DNA of 64,000 nt from an uncultured Clostridia bacterium (GCA_944390405.1 CALXPS010000001.1:18300-82299); one strand, 5' to 3'. Positions 1 through 9,736 are shown, counted from the first letter of the stretch. The notes: generated from the letters alone by a model not told the origin. Numbers and translations: made by a program.

Positions 1-168
1 AGAGACTTTATTTATAGAAGACATTCCATATTATGAAAATAATCAATTATTACTAAAAGTTTATACTATAAATCATTCCAAAGTACCAGAAAAAACATAT
101 TATGAGTTTTATACTAATGATAATGGAAAAACGTGGATGCAAAAATAAATTATAAACTATAAATTACA

Positions 169-248
169 TAATTACAAAAAAATGAGTCTGTTTCCCATTT
201 TAAAGTGGATTAAATAACAGACTCAAAATTTTAATGCATTTTATCTAA
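169..248. repeat. 80-bp direct repeat copy 1 (hairpin GAGTCTGTT-N23-AACAGACTC plus A-run); identical to 3209-3288
   Basis: Read directly: identical string aaaaaaatgagtctgtttcccattttaaagtggattaaataacagactcaaaattttaatgcattttatcta at both places; only one mismatch in the ~80 bp. Confidence 0.85.
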
Positions 249-345
249 GGCAGCAAAGAGCAACCAAAAATTAATCAAATATCTTGTTTTTTGTCTAAAA
301 ATATGCAATAATATTGCCTGTGATAATAATAAAAGGAAGGAGAAA

Positions 346-1107
346 GTGATGATTACAGTAGAGCATATAACAAAGAAGTTTGTTAGAAATAAAAACAAAA
401 AAGAAAGAGAAGTTTTTTTAGCAGATGATGACATTACCTTTGAGGCAAATGACGGAGAAATAATTGGAATATTAGGTCCGAATGGAGCAGGAAAAACAAC
501 ACTATTACGAATGATAGCAGGAATATTAGAACCAACAGAAGGAAAAATAAGTTTTGATGGAATGAATTATAAAAAAAATGAAATTGAAATTAAGCAAAAC
601 ATAGCTTATTTATCTGGAAATACAAAAATTTATGATACACTATCAACCTATGAATTACTAAAAATGTGTTGTGATATATATGGTGTAGATAAAGAAAATA
701 GCGAAAAAAGAATAAAAGAAATTACAAAAGTATTAGGAATGGAACAATTTTTATATAATAAAATTGCAAATTTATCAACAGGACAAACTCAAAAAGTAAA
801 TTTAGCAAGATGTTTAGTTCATAACCCTAAATATTATATTTTAGATGAGGCAACAACAGGATTAGATATTATATCAAGTCAAATTATTTTGAATTTTATT
901 AAAGAAGAAAGAGATAAAGGGAAAACAATACTTTACTCAACACATTACATGGAAGAAGCAGAAAATATATGTAATAAAGTTATTATGATAAATAAGGGAA
1001 AAGTTATAAAAACTGGCACACCAGAAGAAATCAAAAAAGATACAAGTACTACAAATTTAAGAGACGCGTTTTTTACATTGATTGGAGGTGTTTCAGTTGA
1101 AGAATAA
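346..1107 (+). CDS. ABC transporter ATP-binding protein
   Basis: Walker A GPNGAGKTT, ABC signature LSTGQ, Walker B ILDEAT; RBS AGGAAGGAG upstream. Confidence 0.85.
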   Translation: MMITVEHITKKFVRNKNKKEREVFLADDDITFEANDGEIIGILGPNGAGKTTLLRMIAGILEPTEGKISFDGMNYKKNEIEIKQNIAYLSGNTKIYDTLSTYELLKMCCDIYGVDKENSEKRIKEITKVLGMEQFLYNKIANLSTGQTQKVNLARCLVHNPKYYILDEATTGLDIISSQIILNFIKEERDKGKTILYSTHYMEEAENICNKVIMINKGKVIKTGTPEEIKKDTSTTNLRDAFFTLIGGVSVEE

Positions 1108-2245
1108 TTTATGGAATATATTAAAAAAAGAACTTCGAGAATTATTTAGAGATAAAAAGTCTTTAGCAATGATGCTTATAATACCAATATTTATACCACT
1201 TTTAGTTATTGGAATGTCAGCCTTGTTTGAAGCACAAGTTAGCAAAGATATAAGCGAATATAACAAAATAGGGTTTGCTTATGAAATGACAGAAACAGAA
1301 AAAAGTATTGCTGAAGAAATGAATATTGAAATTATAAATGGAAACGAAGAAGAATTAAAAGAAAAATATGATAATGGTGAAATCAACCTTTATGTAACAA
1401 AACAAGATAGTAAATACATCATAAATACAGACGGCTCTGATAACAGTACATTTGCCAGTAATTTATTAGAAACATATTTTAATACATATAAACAATACTT
1501 ACAACAAAGCTATTTACAAGAAAATAATATAAGCCCAGATGAAGTACTAAATATCATTACAGTTGAAGAAAATGTTATAGAACAAGATAATTACTTTGCA
1601 AATTATATTAAAAATTATGCTTTTCTTTTCATAATGATGGCAATAACAGTATCAGCAACATATCCAGCAACAGATACAACAGCAGGTGAAAGAGAAAGAG
1701 GAACATTAGAAACATTACTTACATTTCCAATTAAAAGTAAAGATATAATTGTAGGAAAGTTTTTAGGAGTTACAGTATCATCAATAATTACAGGAATAAT
1801 AAGTTTAGCTTTAGCAATAGTATCATTAATGCTTACAAAGAATATGTTTAGTATTTATGAAGGAATAGATATAATGTATTCGCCACTTACAATACTATTT
1901 GCAGTAATTGTAATAATAGCATATTCATTCTTTATAAGTGGTTTATGTATTGCAATCGCAAGTACATCGAAAACATTTAAAGAAGCTCAAAGTGCATTAA
2001 CACCATTAACATTTATATCCTTCTTTCCAGGTATGATAGCATTTATGATGGGAATAACAACAACACCAATACTCTCAATAGTACCATTCCTAAACTTTAC
2101 ATTGATATTTACAGATATAAATAATGGAACAATAAATTTATTAAATATTGGTTTGATGACAATATCAACAATTATTTATATAAGTTTAGTATTTGCACAT
2201 ATTATAAAACAATATAAATCAGAAAAAGTGTTATTTGCAAAATAA
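1082..2245 (+). CDS. ABC-2 family transporter permease (start more likely TTG at 1097 after GGAGGTG)
   Basis: Six hydrophobic segments, translationally coupled to the ATPase; large extracytoplasmic loop after TM1 typical of ABC-2 permeases. Confidence 0.7.
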   Translation: MEVFQLKNNLWNILKKELRELFRDKKSLAMMLIIPIFIPLLVIGMSALFEAQVSKDISEYNKIGFAYEMTETEKSIAEEMNIEIINGNEEELKEKYDNGEINLYVTKQDSKYIINTDGSDNSTFASNLLETYFNTYKQYLQQSYLQENNISPDEVLNIITVEENVIEQDNYFANYIKNYAFLFIMMAITVSATYPATDTTAGERERGTLETLLTFPIKSKDIIVGKFLGVTVSSIITGIISLALAIVSLMLTKNMFSIYEGIDIMYSPLTILFAVIVIIAYSFFISGLCIAIASTSKTFKEAQSALTPLTFISFFPGMIAFMMGITTTPILSIVPFLNFTLIFTDINNGTINLLNIGLMTISTIIYISLVFAHIIKQYKSEKVLFAK

Positions 2246-2302
2246 GATGATATATAATATATATTAACATTGTTAATTTTATAAATTGTAAGGAGGATAA
2301 AT

Positions 2303-3055
2303 ATGAGCTTAATAGATTCTTATGATGAGAGTGAAGAAGTTGTTAAGGCTGAAATTTTAACTAGAGGACAAAAAAAACTTCCAAAGACTGCAATTGTTTG
2401 CTTTAAAAAAGAATTGATAGATGTTGTGAAGAATAAAGAAGAATTTGAGGAATATAGTGAGATTAATGTATGTGGCGAGGAAATTAAAATATATAAAACT
2501 CAAATTGGTAAAAAAAATGTTATTTTATATAGAACTTTAGTTGGAGGCCCCGCAACAACTTCAATGATGGAAGAAATTCATGCTAGAGGAGTTGAGAATT
2601 TTATATTTTTTGGATCTTGTGGAGAGCTTATCTCAGATATGAAAAAAGGAGCATTTATTATACCAACAGAAGCATATAGAGATGAGGGAACAAGTTACCA
2701 TTATATGCCAGTATCAGATTTTGTAAAAGTAAAAACAGCAACACGATTAGAAGAAATTTTTAAGAAGAAAAATATTAATTATGAGTTAACAAAGACATGG
2801 ACTACAGATGCTTTATATAAAGAAACTAGAAATAAAATAAAAAAAAGAATAGAAAGTGGTTGTAAGGTTGTAGAGATGGAATGTGCATCTATTATGGCTG
2901 TTGCAAATTCAAGAAATATTAATGCTTATCAGTTTTTATATTCAGATGATACACTTGCTGGAGAAACTTGGGATATAAGAACTTTAATAGAGGATAGAAG
3001 TTTTATATTAAAAGAGTGTTTGAAGATTGCCACTGAAATTGTTGAAGAAATATAA
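2303..3055 (+). CDS. PNP/MTAP-superfamily phosphorylase-like protein (nucleoside phosphorylase family 1)
   Basis: GGPATTSMMEE and VEMECAS motifs resemble phosphorylase family-1 active-site regions; RBS AAGGAGG. Confidence 0.45.
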   Translation: MSLIDSYDESEEVVKAEILTRGQKKLPKTAIVCFKKELIDVVKNKEEFEEYSEINVCGEEIKIYKTQIGKKNVILYRTLVGGPATTSMMEEIHARGVENFIFFGSCGELISDMKKGAFIIPTEAYRDEGTSYHYMPVSDFVKVKTATRLEEIFKKKNINYELTKTWTTDALYKETRNKIKKRIESGCKVVEMECASIMAVANSRNINAYQFLYSDDTLAGETWDIRTLIEDRSFILKECLKIATEIVEEI

Positions 3056-3208
3056 TAAATTAAAAAATTATTCAACAAGTAAAAAAAAATCAATTATCTT
3101 GGAATTATATTCATTGGAGTAGAGTTAATGAAAGTGTAGAAAATATGTATAAAGATAATTAATATCTTACAAGTGATTTAATAACAATGCAACAAAGGAA
3201 ATATACAT

Positions 3209-3288
3209 CAAATTATAAAAAAATGAGTCTGTTTCCCATTTTAAAGTGGATTAAATAACAGACTCAAAATTTTAATGCATTTTATCTA
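3209..3288. repeat. 80-bp direct repeat copy 2; on the minus strand it reads stem-loop plus TTTTTTT, a rho-independent terminator of cotJC
   Basis: Reverse complement gives GAGTCTGTT-loop-AACAGACTC followed by ATTTTTTT directly after the cotJC stop (3282-3284). Confidence 0.8.
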
Positions 3289-3887
3289 TTGAACATACAA
3301 TTATTATCATTCATATAAAACTTCTTTTCAGCTAATTTTTCTTGAACACCACGTAAAGCTTCACCAAATCTTTGGAAGTGAACTACTTCTCTTTCTCTTA
3401 AGAAACGAAGAGGGTCGATGACATCTGGTTCATCTTTACAAAGGTCAATTAATTTTTCATATGTTGCACGAGCTTTTTGTTCGGCAGCTAAATCTTCCTG
3501 TAAATCAGCGATAGGATCTCCTTTGACAGCAATATATGCAGCAGTAAATGGATTACCAGCAGCAGATTGTGGATATACACCTAGACCATGGTCAGTGTAA
3601 TAATCTCCTAATCCTTCTTTTTTTATAGTTTCTGCATCAACACCCTCTGTTAATTGATGGACAATAGTTCCAACCATTTCTAAGTGTGCTAATTCTTCTG
3701 TACCAATATCATTTAAAATAGCTTTAGCTTTTTGATCTGGCATACCAAATCTTTGTGATAAATATCTTAAAGAAGCAGCAAGTTCTCCATCAGGTCCACC
3801 ATATTGAGATATAATAAATTTTGCAAGTTTAGGATTTGGGCATTTAATATTTATAGGATATTCAAGAGTTTTATTATAAGTCCACAT
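3282..3887 (-). CDS. cotJC: Spore coat protein CotJC (manganese catalase family); the ORF track extends to 3914, but the canonical MW start is the ATG at 3885-3887
   Basis: MWTYNKTLEYPINIK start typical of CotJC; Mn-catalase-type EELAHLE / ELxxHE motifs; RBS GGGGGA 8 nt upstream. Confidence 0.85.
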   Translation of the reverse strand: MWTYNKTLEYPINIKCPNPKLAKFIISQYGGPDGELAASLRYLSQRFGMPDQKAKAILNDIGTEELAHLEMVGTIVHQLTEGVDAETIKKEGLGDYYTDHGLGVYPQSAAGNPFTAAYIAVKGDPIADLQEDLAAEQKARATYEKLIDLCKDEPDVIDPLRFLREREVVHFQRFGEALRGVQEKLAEKKFYMNDNNCMFNR

Positions 3888-3987
3888 TAATAATTCCCCC
3901 TTTCCCAAGGCCACCCTTGGTTAATGATAGGAGTATATTTTTATATTATAAATTTTATTGGAGCTGATGAGCATGTGAGATATTAAA

Positions 3988-4023
3988 AATGTGTTCGCTC
4001 TAGTTATAAAAGATGAGGGCAAA
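3988..4023 (+). pseudogene. Fragment homologous to an internal segment of the recombinase gene (zinc-ribbon region, encodes CVRSSYKR then stop)
   Basis: atgtgttcgctctagttataaaagatgagggcaaag matches recombinase 9213-9250 atgtgtttgctctagttataaaagaggaggagcaaag. Confidence 0.4.
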
Positions 4024-4161
4024 GAAAAAAATTATATAAAAAAGCTTTTACAGTCTGATACTCTGAATAAAATTGTTTACGGATAATGATAAGAAAGTGG
4101 AAAACTATTGAAGTAATTATATAAGGAATACATTAGTCATAAAGGATAAGATTTATGACTA

Positions 4162-4280
4162 TTTTTTTATTGTATAAGAAAAATCGAAGATTTTTACGTA
4201 TACAACAAGGTTAAGTTTCCTTGGGCTGTGCATATTTGCGAAGCAAAATGTACATGTGGTGAACCCACTTTTCTTATGAA
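4162..4280. repeat. 118-bp conserved noncoding block copy 1 (T-run, imperfect palindrome GTATAAGAAAAATC-GAA-GATTTTTACGTATAC, then a conserved 70 bp)
   Basis: About 90% identical to 48923-49040; both copies sit directly after a terminator hairpin. Confidence 0.7.
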
Positions 4281-4541
4281 CTGACTATAAAATTAGGTTA
4301 AATGAGAAGTAAGTATATAAATTTAAACAATTAATATAAAAAAATAAATAATAAAGAAAAAATATGTGACTTTATGCAATTTGAATCGTATAACATATGG
4401 AAAAAGTATAAATAACTTTTTATACTTAAGTTTTTAAAGCTATACAATAATTAATTTAAAGTACATAAAAGAAGGCATAAATTAAAATATATAATATAAA
4501 AGGGGGGAGTATGTAAAAATATATCATAAGAAAGAAGATTT

Positions 4542-5111
4542 ATGAAAATGAAAAAAATGTGGATTTTATCTATTTTATTATGTTGTTTATTACTATCAAC
4601 AAGTGTATTTGCTTATAATCCAATTGGAGGGAAATTTTCGAGAGGAGTTAGTAATACGTGTTATTATGTAGATTCTACCGCAAGTGCATATACAACAAGA
4701 ATAAACGCAGCAGCAAATAATTGGGTCAATACTGGTCATGGTTGGAATCCTATATATATGACACCAGTTTCTTCAAGCTATTTAACCCATATGGATTTTT
4801 ATGGAAAGACGACCTCTTTCTGGGGAGATTCTAACATAAGAGGAGAAACGAGAATGTTTACTAATTCTGGTCAAGATATTACAAGTAAAGCACATAACAC
4901 AAATTGGATGTATGCAGAAATATATGTAAATACAAGTGTGGTGTCAACTAACACAATTCAAACTCAAGGAACATTTGCGCATGAAATGGGGCATGCTTTT
5001 GGATTAGATCACGTATCAAATGTAAATGCTTTAATGCATAGATATTCAAATGAAAGATTAACACATGTTGTTTCATTAGATGAACATAATGGAATTAATG
5101 CATTATATTAA
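4542..5111 (+). CDS. Secreted zinc metalloprotease (metzincin, snapalysin/matrixin-like)
   Basis: N-terminal signal peptide; HEMGHAFGLDH = HExxHxxGxxH zinc-binding motif. Confidence 0.75.
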   Translation: MKMKKMWILSILLCCLLLSTSVFAYNPIGGKFSRGVSNTCYYVDSTASAYTTRINAAANNWVNTGHGWNPIYMTPVSSSYLTHMDFYGKTTSFWGDSNIRGETRMFTNSGQDITSKAHNTNWMYAEIYVNTSVVSTNTIQTQGTFAHEMGHAFGLDHVSNVNALMHRYSNERLTHVVSLDEHNGINALY

Positions 5112-5123
5112 GAGGAGGTTTAT

Positions 5124-5846
5124 ATGAGAAGTAAAAGATTGATAATTTTTATAATTATAGTTTCTACTATCATAGTTGTAAGTAGTATTGCTATTTTAGG
5201 TAAACAAAAATCTAAAAATGTAATCGCCAAAGATAATAAAGAACAGATTAATATAAACGATAATTCAAGTATTGAAAAAAATATAGAGGATAATGTCGTT
5301 TTAACATTAGGTTCAAATTATGATATATATAAAATGAGTGAAGAAGAAATTATGAACGACGACAAATATTATGTTGTAATAGGAAAAGTTACATCTATCG
5401 ATGGTGCAACAAATTACAGCGAAGCGACTAACAAATACACAACAATATTTACATTAGGCAAAATGGAAGTGCTGAAAGATATAAAAGGCAATATGCAGAA
5501 TAATTCAATAGACATAATGAAAAGAGGCGGACAGATTTCATTAGAACAATATGAAAAAAGTTTAAGTGAAAGTCAAAAGCAAAAAGAAGCATACCAAAAT
5601 TTATTAAATAAATATTCTAAACAAAAAGCAACTGTTAAGGTAGAAGCAAAAAGTTTAGATGAAGTTGATATCGAATTGAATAAAGAATATTTATTTGTAT
5701 TATCATATAATGAAGACTATAATAGATATTTAATTAATGCCTTCCCATATGCATTAAGAGAGGTAAAAATAGAAGGTTCAAAAATCTATTATAAAAATAA
5801 CGAGACAAAAACATTCGAAGAATTTTCTAATTTAAATGATATGTAA
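5124..5846 (+). CDS. Membrane-anchored hypothetical protein (N-terminal TM/signal anchor), translationally coupled to the metalloprotease
   Basis: AGGAGG RBS 7 nt upstream; hydrophobic N-terminus IIFIIIVSTIIVVSSIAIL; no recognisable domain. Confidence 0.5.
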   Translation: MRSKRLIIFIIIVSTIIVVSSIAILGKQKSKNVIAKDNKEQININDNSSIEKNIEDNVVLTLGSNYDIYKMSEEEIMNDDKYYVVIGKVTSIDGATNYSEATNKYTTIFTLGKMEVLKDIKGNMQNNSIDIMKRGGQISLEQYEKSLSESQKQKEAYQNLLNKYSKQKATVKVEAKSLDEVDIELNKEYLFVLSYNEDYNRYLINAFPYALREVKIEGSKIYYKNNETKTFEEFSNLNDM

Positions 5847-6015
5847 ATAAATAAAATTTTGACATTGTTTAGCTAGCATGCTAAAATGGAATAACAAGTA
5901 ATATTAAAGTGGTATTTAATTTTATAATGCCACTTTAATAAGAAAAGACTAATGTAGGTCTTTCTTATGTCACTTTTTTGTTGTACACAGAAAATTTTAT
6001 ATAGGGGCAATATAA

Positions 6016-7680
6016 TTGTCAAATTTTCCTATACAATGCAAAAGCAATCATGTTAAGATAAATGGAGATAAGATGGAAGAAGATAAATATTTATATAAGG
6101 AATTTATTAATGGAAATAATCAAGCTTTTGAACAATTAATTATGAAATATAAAACAAATATTATTTATTTTATAACCAGATATGTAAAAAGTATTGAAAT
6201 TGCAGAAGATATTTTTCAAGATGTTATTATATATATATTAGAAAAAAAAGAAAGATATAATTTTAAATATTCTTTGAAAACATATATGTATATGATAGCA
6301 AAATCAAAATCTCTCGACTATATAAAGAGTGAGAAACAAATTGGAAATATAGAGGATCAAGAATTCCATGAAGGAGAGTTATTAGAAGAAATAGTAATTA
6401 GTAAGTATAGAAAAAAAGAAATTCAAAAAGCAATAAATAAATTACCAACAGACTATCAAATAGCAATATATTTAACACAGATAGAAGAACTTTCGTATAA
6501 AGAGACTGCTAAAATTATGGAAAAAACGGAAAGACAAATAAAGACACTTGTATATAATGCTAAGAAGAAGTTGAAAAAAATATTTATAGAAGAAAAATTA
6601 GTTGAGGTAAATGGAACAAAAATTATAAAAGTTTTTATGATGTTTATTATAATGATAGTTATGTTTACAGGAATATGCTATGCTACGTTTAAAATATATA
6701 TGAAGATAACAGGGAAAGCTAGTATAGTACCTACATATACTGAAAAGATTGGAAATACCGATATGAATGTAATTTGGGGAGGAAACTTTCAAATAGCTTG
6801 GAATGAATTTATTGAAACTGTAATCGGAAGAGAGATTAAATTTACAGATAAAGATTCTGAAATAGTAAGAGAACTTAATAAAAAAACATTTACCAAAAAT
6901 ATGATATCTAATGATGGATATTATTTAAAAATAGGAAAAACATCGCCAAATTTAAAAAATGAGATAATACAAGAAATAAGCGAAAAGTTTGGATTGGAAA
7001 ACATAGAAAATTTAAATAAAGTAAATTTTGAAGAAAAAGATGGCAGTTATACTATTTATTCACTATTATTTAAAAAATTTGAATTTTTAACATCTTTTGA
7101 TAGATTATCAAATCAAAATTTTGGAAATAGTATGGAAGAAGTAAAATATTTTGGTATAAATAATGCCAGTGATGAAAACTTAAATAAAAACTTAACAATC
7201 TTATTTTATAATGGAAAAGAATATGCTGTAAAATTATTTACAAAGGGAAATGATGAGATAATTTTATATAGAACTGACTCTAATGAACCATTTGACAAAA
7301 TTTATAATAATATGTTAGATAATTCTAAAACATTTGCAGGAGACAAAGACTTTAAAAAATCAGATGAACTAAGAATTGCATATATAGAAGTTGATACATT
7401 AATAAATTATGATGAATTATGCGGACATTTTATAGAAGAAGAGGAAGGTGTTTATATAACAAATGCGTTACAAAATATTAAATTTTCTTTTAATGAAAGT
7501 GGGGTGAACTTGACAAGTACAGCAGACATTAAAGCATCACGTAATTTCGAACTTAGTGAAAGTAGGTATTTTGATTATAGTGATTCATTTGTAATTTTTA
7601 TCAAAGAAAGAGAAGAAAATATTCCGTATTTTGCATTAAAGGTAGATAATACAGATATATTAGTATCAGCAGAACAATAA
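6016..7680 (+). CDS. Membrane-tethered sigma-70-family protein: N-terminal sigma region 2 + region 4 (ECF/TcdR-like, ~190 aa), one TM helix, ~340-aa extracytoplasmic domain; likely start ATG 6073
   Basis: Region-2-like YLYKEF...IFQDVIIYILEK and region-4 HTH LSYKETAKIMEKTERQIKTLVYNAKKKL; TM FMMFIIMIVMFTGICYATF; GGAG 5 nt before ATG 6073. Confidence 0.6.
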   Translation: MSNFPIQCKSNHVKINGDKMEEDKYLYKEFINGNNQAFEQLIMKYKTNIIYFITRYVKSIEIAEDIFQDVIIYILEKKERYNFKYSLKTYMYMIAKSKSLDYIKSEKQIGNIEDQEFHEGELLEEIVISKYRKKEIQKAINKLPTDYQIAIYLTQIEELSYKETAKIMEKTERQIKTLVYNAKKKLKKIFIEEKLVEVNGTKIIKVFMMFIIMIVMFTGICYATFKIYMKITGKASIVPTYTEKIGNTDMNVIWGGNFQIAWNEFIETVIGREIKFTDKDSEIVRELNKKTFTKNMISNDGYYLKIGKTSPNLKNEIIQEISEKFGLENIENLNKVNFEEKDGSYTIYSLLFKKFEFLTSFDRLSNQNFGNSMEEVKYFGINNASDENLNKNLTILFYNGKEYAVKLFTKGNDEIILYRTDSNEPFDKIYNNMLDNSKTFAGDKDFKKSDELRIAYIEVDTLINYDELCGHFIEEEEGVYITNALQNIKFSFNESGVNLTSTADIKASRNFELSESRYFDYSDSFVIFIKEREENIPYFALKVDNTDILVSAEQ

Positions 7681-7749
7681 AATTTTCATTGTTTTTATTT
7701 GTTTTGAGCAATTTTTTTCTTAATATATTTATTTTAATACAGTTTATTA

Positions 7750-7800
7750 AAACACCAAAAGCAAACAGTAGAGCATGTTTGTTTTTGGTGTTTTTATTTT
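7750..7800 (+). terminator. Rho-independent terminator after the sigma-fusion gene
   Basis: AACACCAAAAGCAAACA...TGTTTGTTTTTGGTGTT stem followed by TTTATTTT. Confidence 0.6.
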
Positions 7801-7952
7801 ATCTAATTTTAAAACAAAGTAAAAAATACAATAAAAAAACAAAGTACATCTGATTTTCAAATCTTGAGAGTAATGCATGAACAAGAAATCAATAAAATGG
7901 AAAAATTAATAATAAAATTTTAAGGAGCATATAGTTAATTAGAGGTGATTTC

Positions 7953-8096
7953 ATGATTAATAAATACGAAGAAATATATGCAAAAGATAAATGTGATATA
8001 ACACAGTTAGTTCAAGATTGGATAGATGAAAATATAAGTGAATTTTATTGCAATAATTCAGAAACAGAGTTAAAATATAACCAAATAGATAGATAG
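7953..8096 (+). CDS. Small ORF (47 aa) immediately upstream of the recombinase; possible directionality factor
   Basis: RBS AGAGGTGA 5 nt upstream of the ATG; no detectable homology; position only. Confidence 0.25.
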   Translation: MINKYEEIYAKDKCDITQLVQDWIDENISEFYCNNSETELKYNQIDR

Positions 8097-8131
8097 TTAT
8101 TATAAATAATGCTTAGGAAAGGGGAAAATGA

Positions 8132-9736
8132 ATGTATGAGTTATATAATAACTATAATAATTACTTTATGAATAATACTGATAAAAATATTATATGGAAT
8201 GTAGGAATTTATACTAGATTATCAAGAGAAGATGAGAAGGAACCACAATTCAACAAACAATCAGAAAGTATTGAAAATCAGATAAAATTTTTAAATGGAT
8301 ATGTGAAATGTCAAGGCTGGAATATTGTTAAAACATATATAGATGATGGATTTAGCGGAACTAATTTTGATAGACCAGATTTTAAAAATATGATTTCAGA
8401 TATAGAAAACAAAGTAATCAACATGGTAATAACAAAGGATTTGTCAAGACTAGGTAGAGACTATATTGATACAGGCTATTATATAGAAAAATACTTTCCC
8501 TCTAAACATATAAGATATATAGCAGTTAATGATAATGTAGATACTTTTGATGCTAATAATAGCAATAATGATATGACTCCATTTAAAGCTGTTACAAATG
8601 ATATGTATGCCAAAGATACTTCAAAAAAAGTTAGAACAGCATTAATGACTAAAGCAGTAAATGGAGAGAGTATAAAGCCATTTCAACCATATGGTTACAA
8701 GAAGGATCCAAACAATAAAAATAGAGTGATTGTTGACAGAGTAGTTTCAGAAAATGTAGTAAGAATATTTGATATGTATAAAGCAGGCAAAACAAAGAAA
8801 GAAATATGCAATTATCTTAATGAAAACAATATAGTTACGCCATTAAAATATAAGGAAGAAACAACAAATTATAGAAACCCAAATAAAAGATTCTATATAT
8901 GGACAAATACGATGATAACTAAGATATTAAGGGACAGAATTTATACAGGAGATTTAGAACAACATAAACATACAAAGATAAATTATAAAGTAAAGAAATC
9001 GATAAAAGTAAATCCTCAACAGCATATTATTATTGAAAACAATCACGAACCAATAATCGATAAAAATACATTTTATACTGTACAGAAAATGCTGGACAAA
9101 CAAGCAAATGAATGGAATTATACATCTAGTAAACCACATTTACTTAAAGGTTTAGTTTTTTGCAGTTGTGGAGCAAGAGTCACATATAATAAAAATCATG
9201 GACAATATTTCAGATGTGTTTGCTCTAGTTATAAAAGAGGAGGAGCAAAGTTTTGTAATAATATCCAATATTTAAGAGAAGATGAACTGATTTCTAAAGT
9301 ATTAGAAAGTCTAAAAATCAATGTTAATAAATATCTAGATTACCAAAGACTAGACTGTAATAGAAGGAACAATAAAAAGAAAGATACTAAAACTGATGAA
9401 ATAAAAAAACAAATAGAAATATTAGATAGAAAAATAAAAACAATTTATGAGGACAAATTAAATAATATTATTTCAGTAGAAATGTTTGTAACTTTGTCAA
9501 GTAGTTATGAAAAACAAAAATCTGATTTAAAAAACATGCTAGAAAATATTAACACAAAAGTGGAAGACGAAAAACAGATACCATTTAAAAGTATGGAAGA
9601 TTACATAAAAGAAGTACTGCAGTTTAATAATCCAGACAAAGTGGATAGAAACTTATTATTAAAATTAATAGACAAAATTGTAATCGAAAATAAAGAAATA
9701 AAAAGTATTACTTATAATTTTAGCATTCCTAGTTAA
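8132..9736 (+). CDS. Large serine recombinase (SpoIVCA/CisA-like)
   Basis: Resolvase catalytic domain YTRLSREDE with Ser nucleophile and DLSRLGRD; recombinase domain; zinc ribbon CSCG...CVCS; C-terminal coiled coil. Confidence 0.9.
   Translation: MYELYNNYNNYFMNNTDKNIIWNVGIYTRLSREDEKEPQFNKQSESIENQIKFLNGYVKCQGWNIVKTYIDDGFSGTNFDRPDFKNMISDIENKVINMVITKDLSRLGRDYIDTGYYIEKYFPSKHIRYIAVNDNVDTFDANNSNNDMTPFKAVTNDMYAKDTSKKVRTALMTKAVNGESIKPFQPYGYKKDPNNKNRVIVDRVVSENVVRIFDMYKAGKTKKEICNYLNENNIVTPLKYKEETTNYRNPNKRFYIWTNTMITKILRDRIYTGDLEQHKHTKINYKVKKSIKVNPQQHIIIENNHEPIIDKNTFYTVQKMLDKQANEWNYTSSKPHLLKGLVFCSCGARVTYNKNHGQYFRCVCSSYKRGGAKFCNNIQYLREDELISKVLESLKINVNKYLDYQRLDCNRRNNKKKDTKTDEIKKQIEILDRKIKTIYEDKLNNIISVEMFVTLSSSYEKQKSDLKNMLENINTKVEDEKQIPFKSMEDYIKEVLQFNNPDKVDRNLLLKLIDKIVIENKEIKSITYNFSIPS

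Noticed and set aside
231-434. Minus-strand 67-aa ORF overlapping the repeat and the ABC ATPase start
   Set aside because: Hydrophobic low-complexity; it overlaps the promoter/RBS region of a real gene; no RBS; it starts inside the ATPase coding sequence.
3888-3914. N-terminal extension of cotJC (MALGKGELL) in the ORF track
   Set aside because: Canonical CotJC proteins begin MW..., and the ATG at 3885-3887 has a proper GGGGGA RBS. The extension is read-through of the upstream cotJB-tail remnant, and the first codon is GTG.
6700-7680. Possible serpin fold for the extracytoplasmic domain of the sigma fusion (a C-terminal F-x-D-x-x-F-V-I-F-I stretch resembles the serpin signature)
   Set aside because: The PROSITE-type serpin signature does not actually fit position by position, and the domain is shorter than bacterial serpins. 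It is left as an unknown domain.
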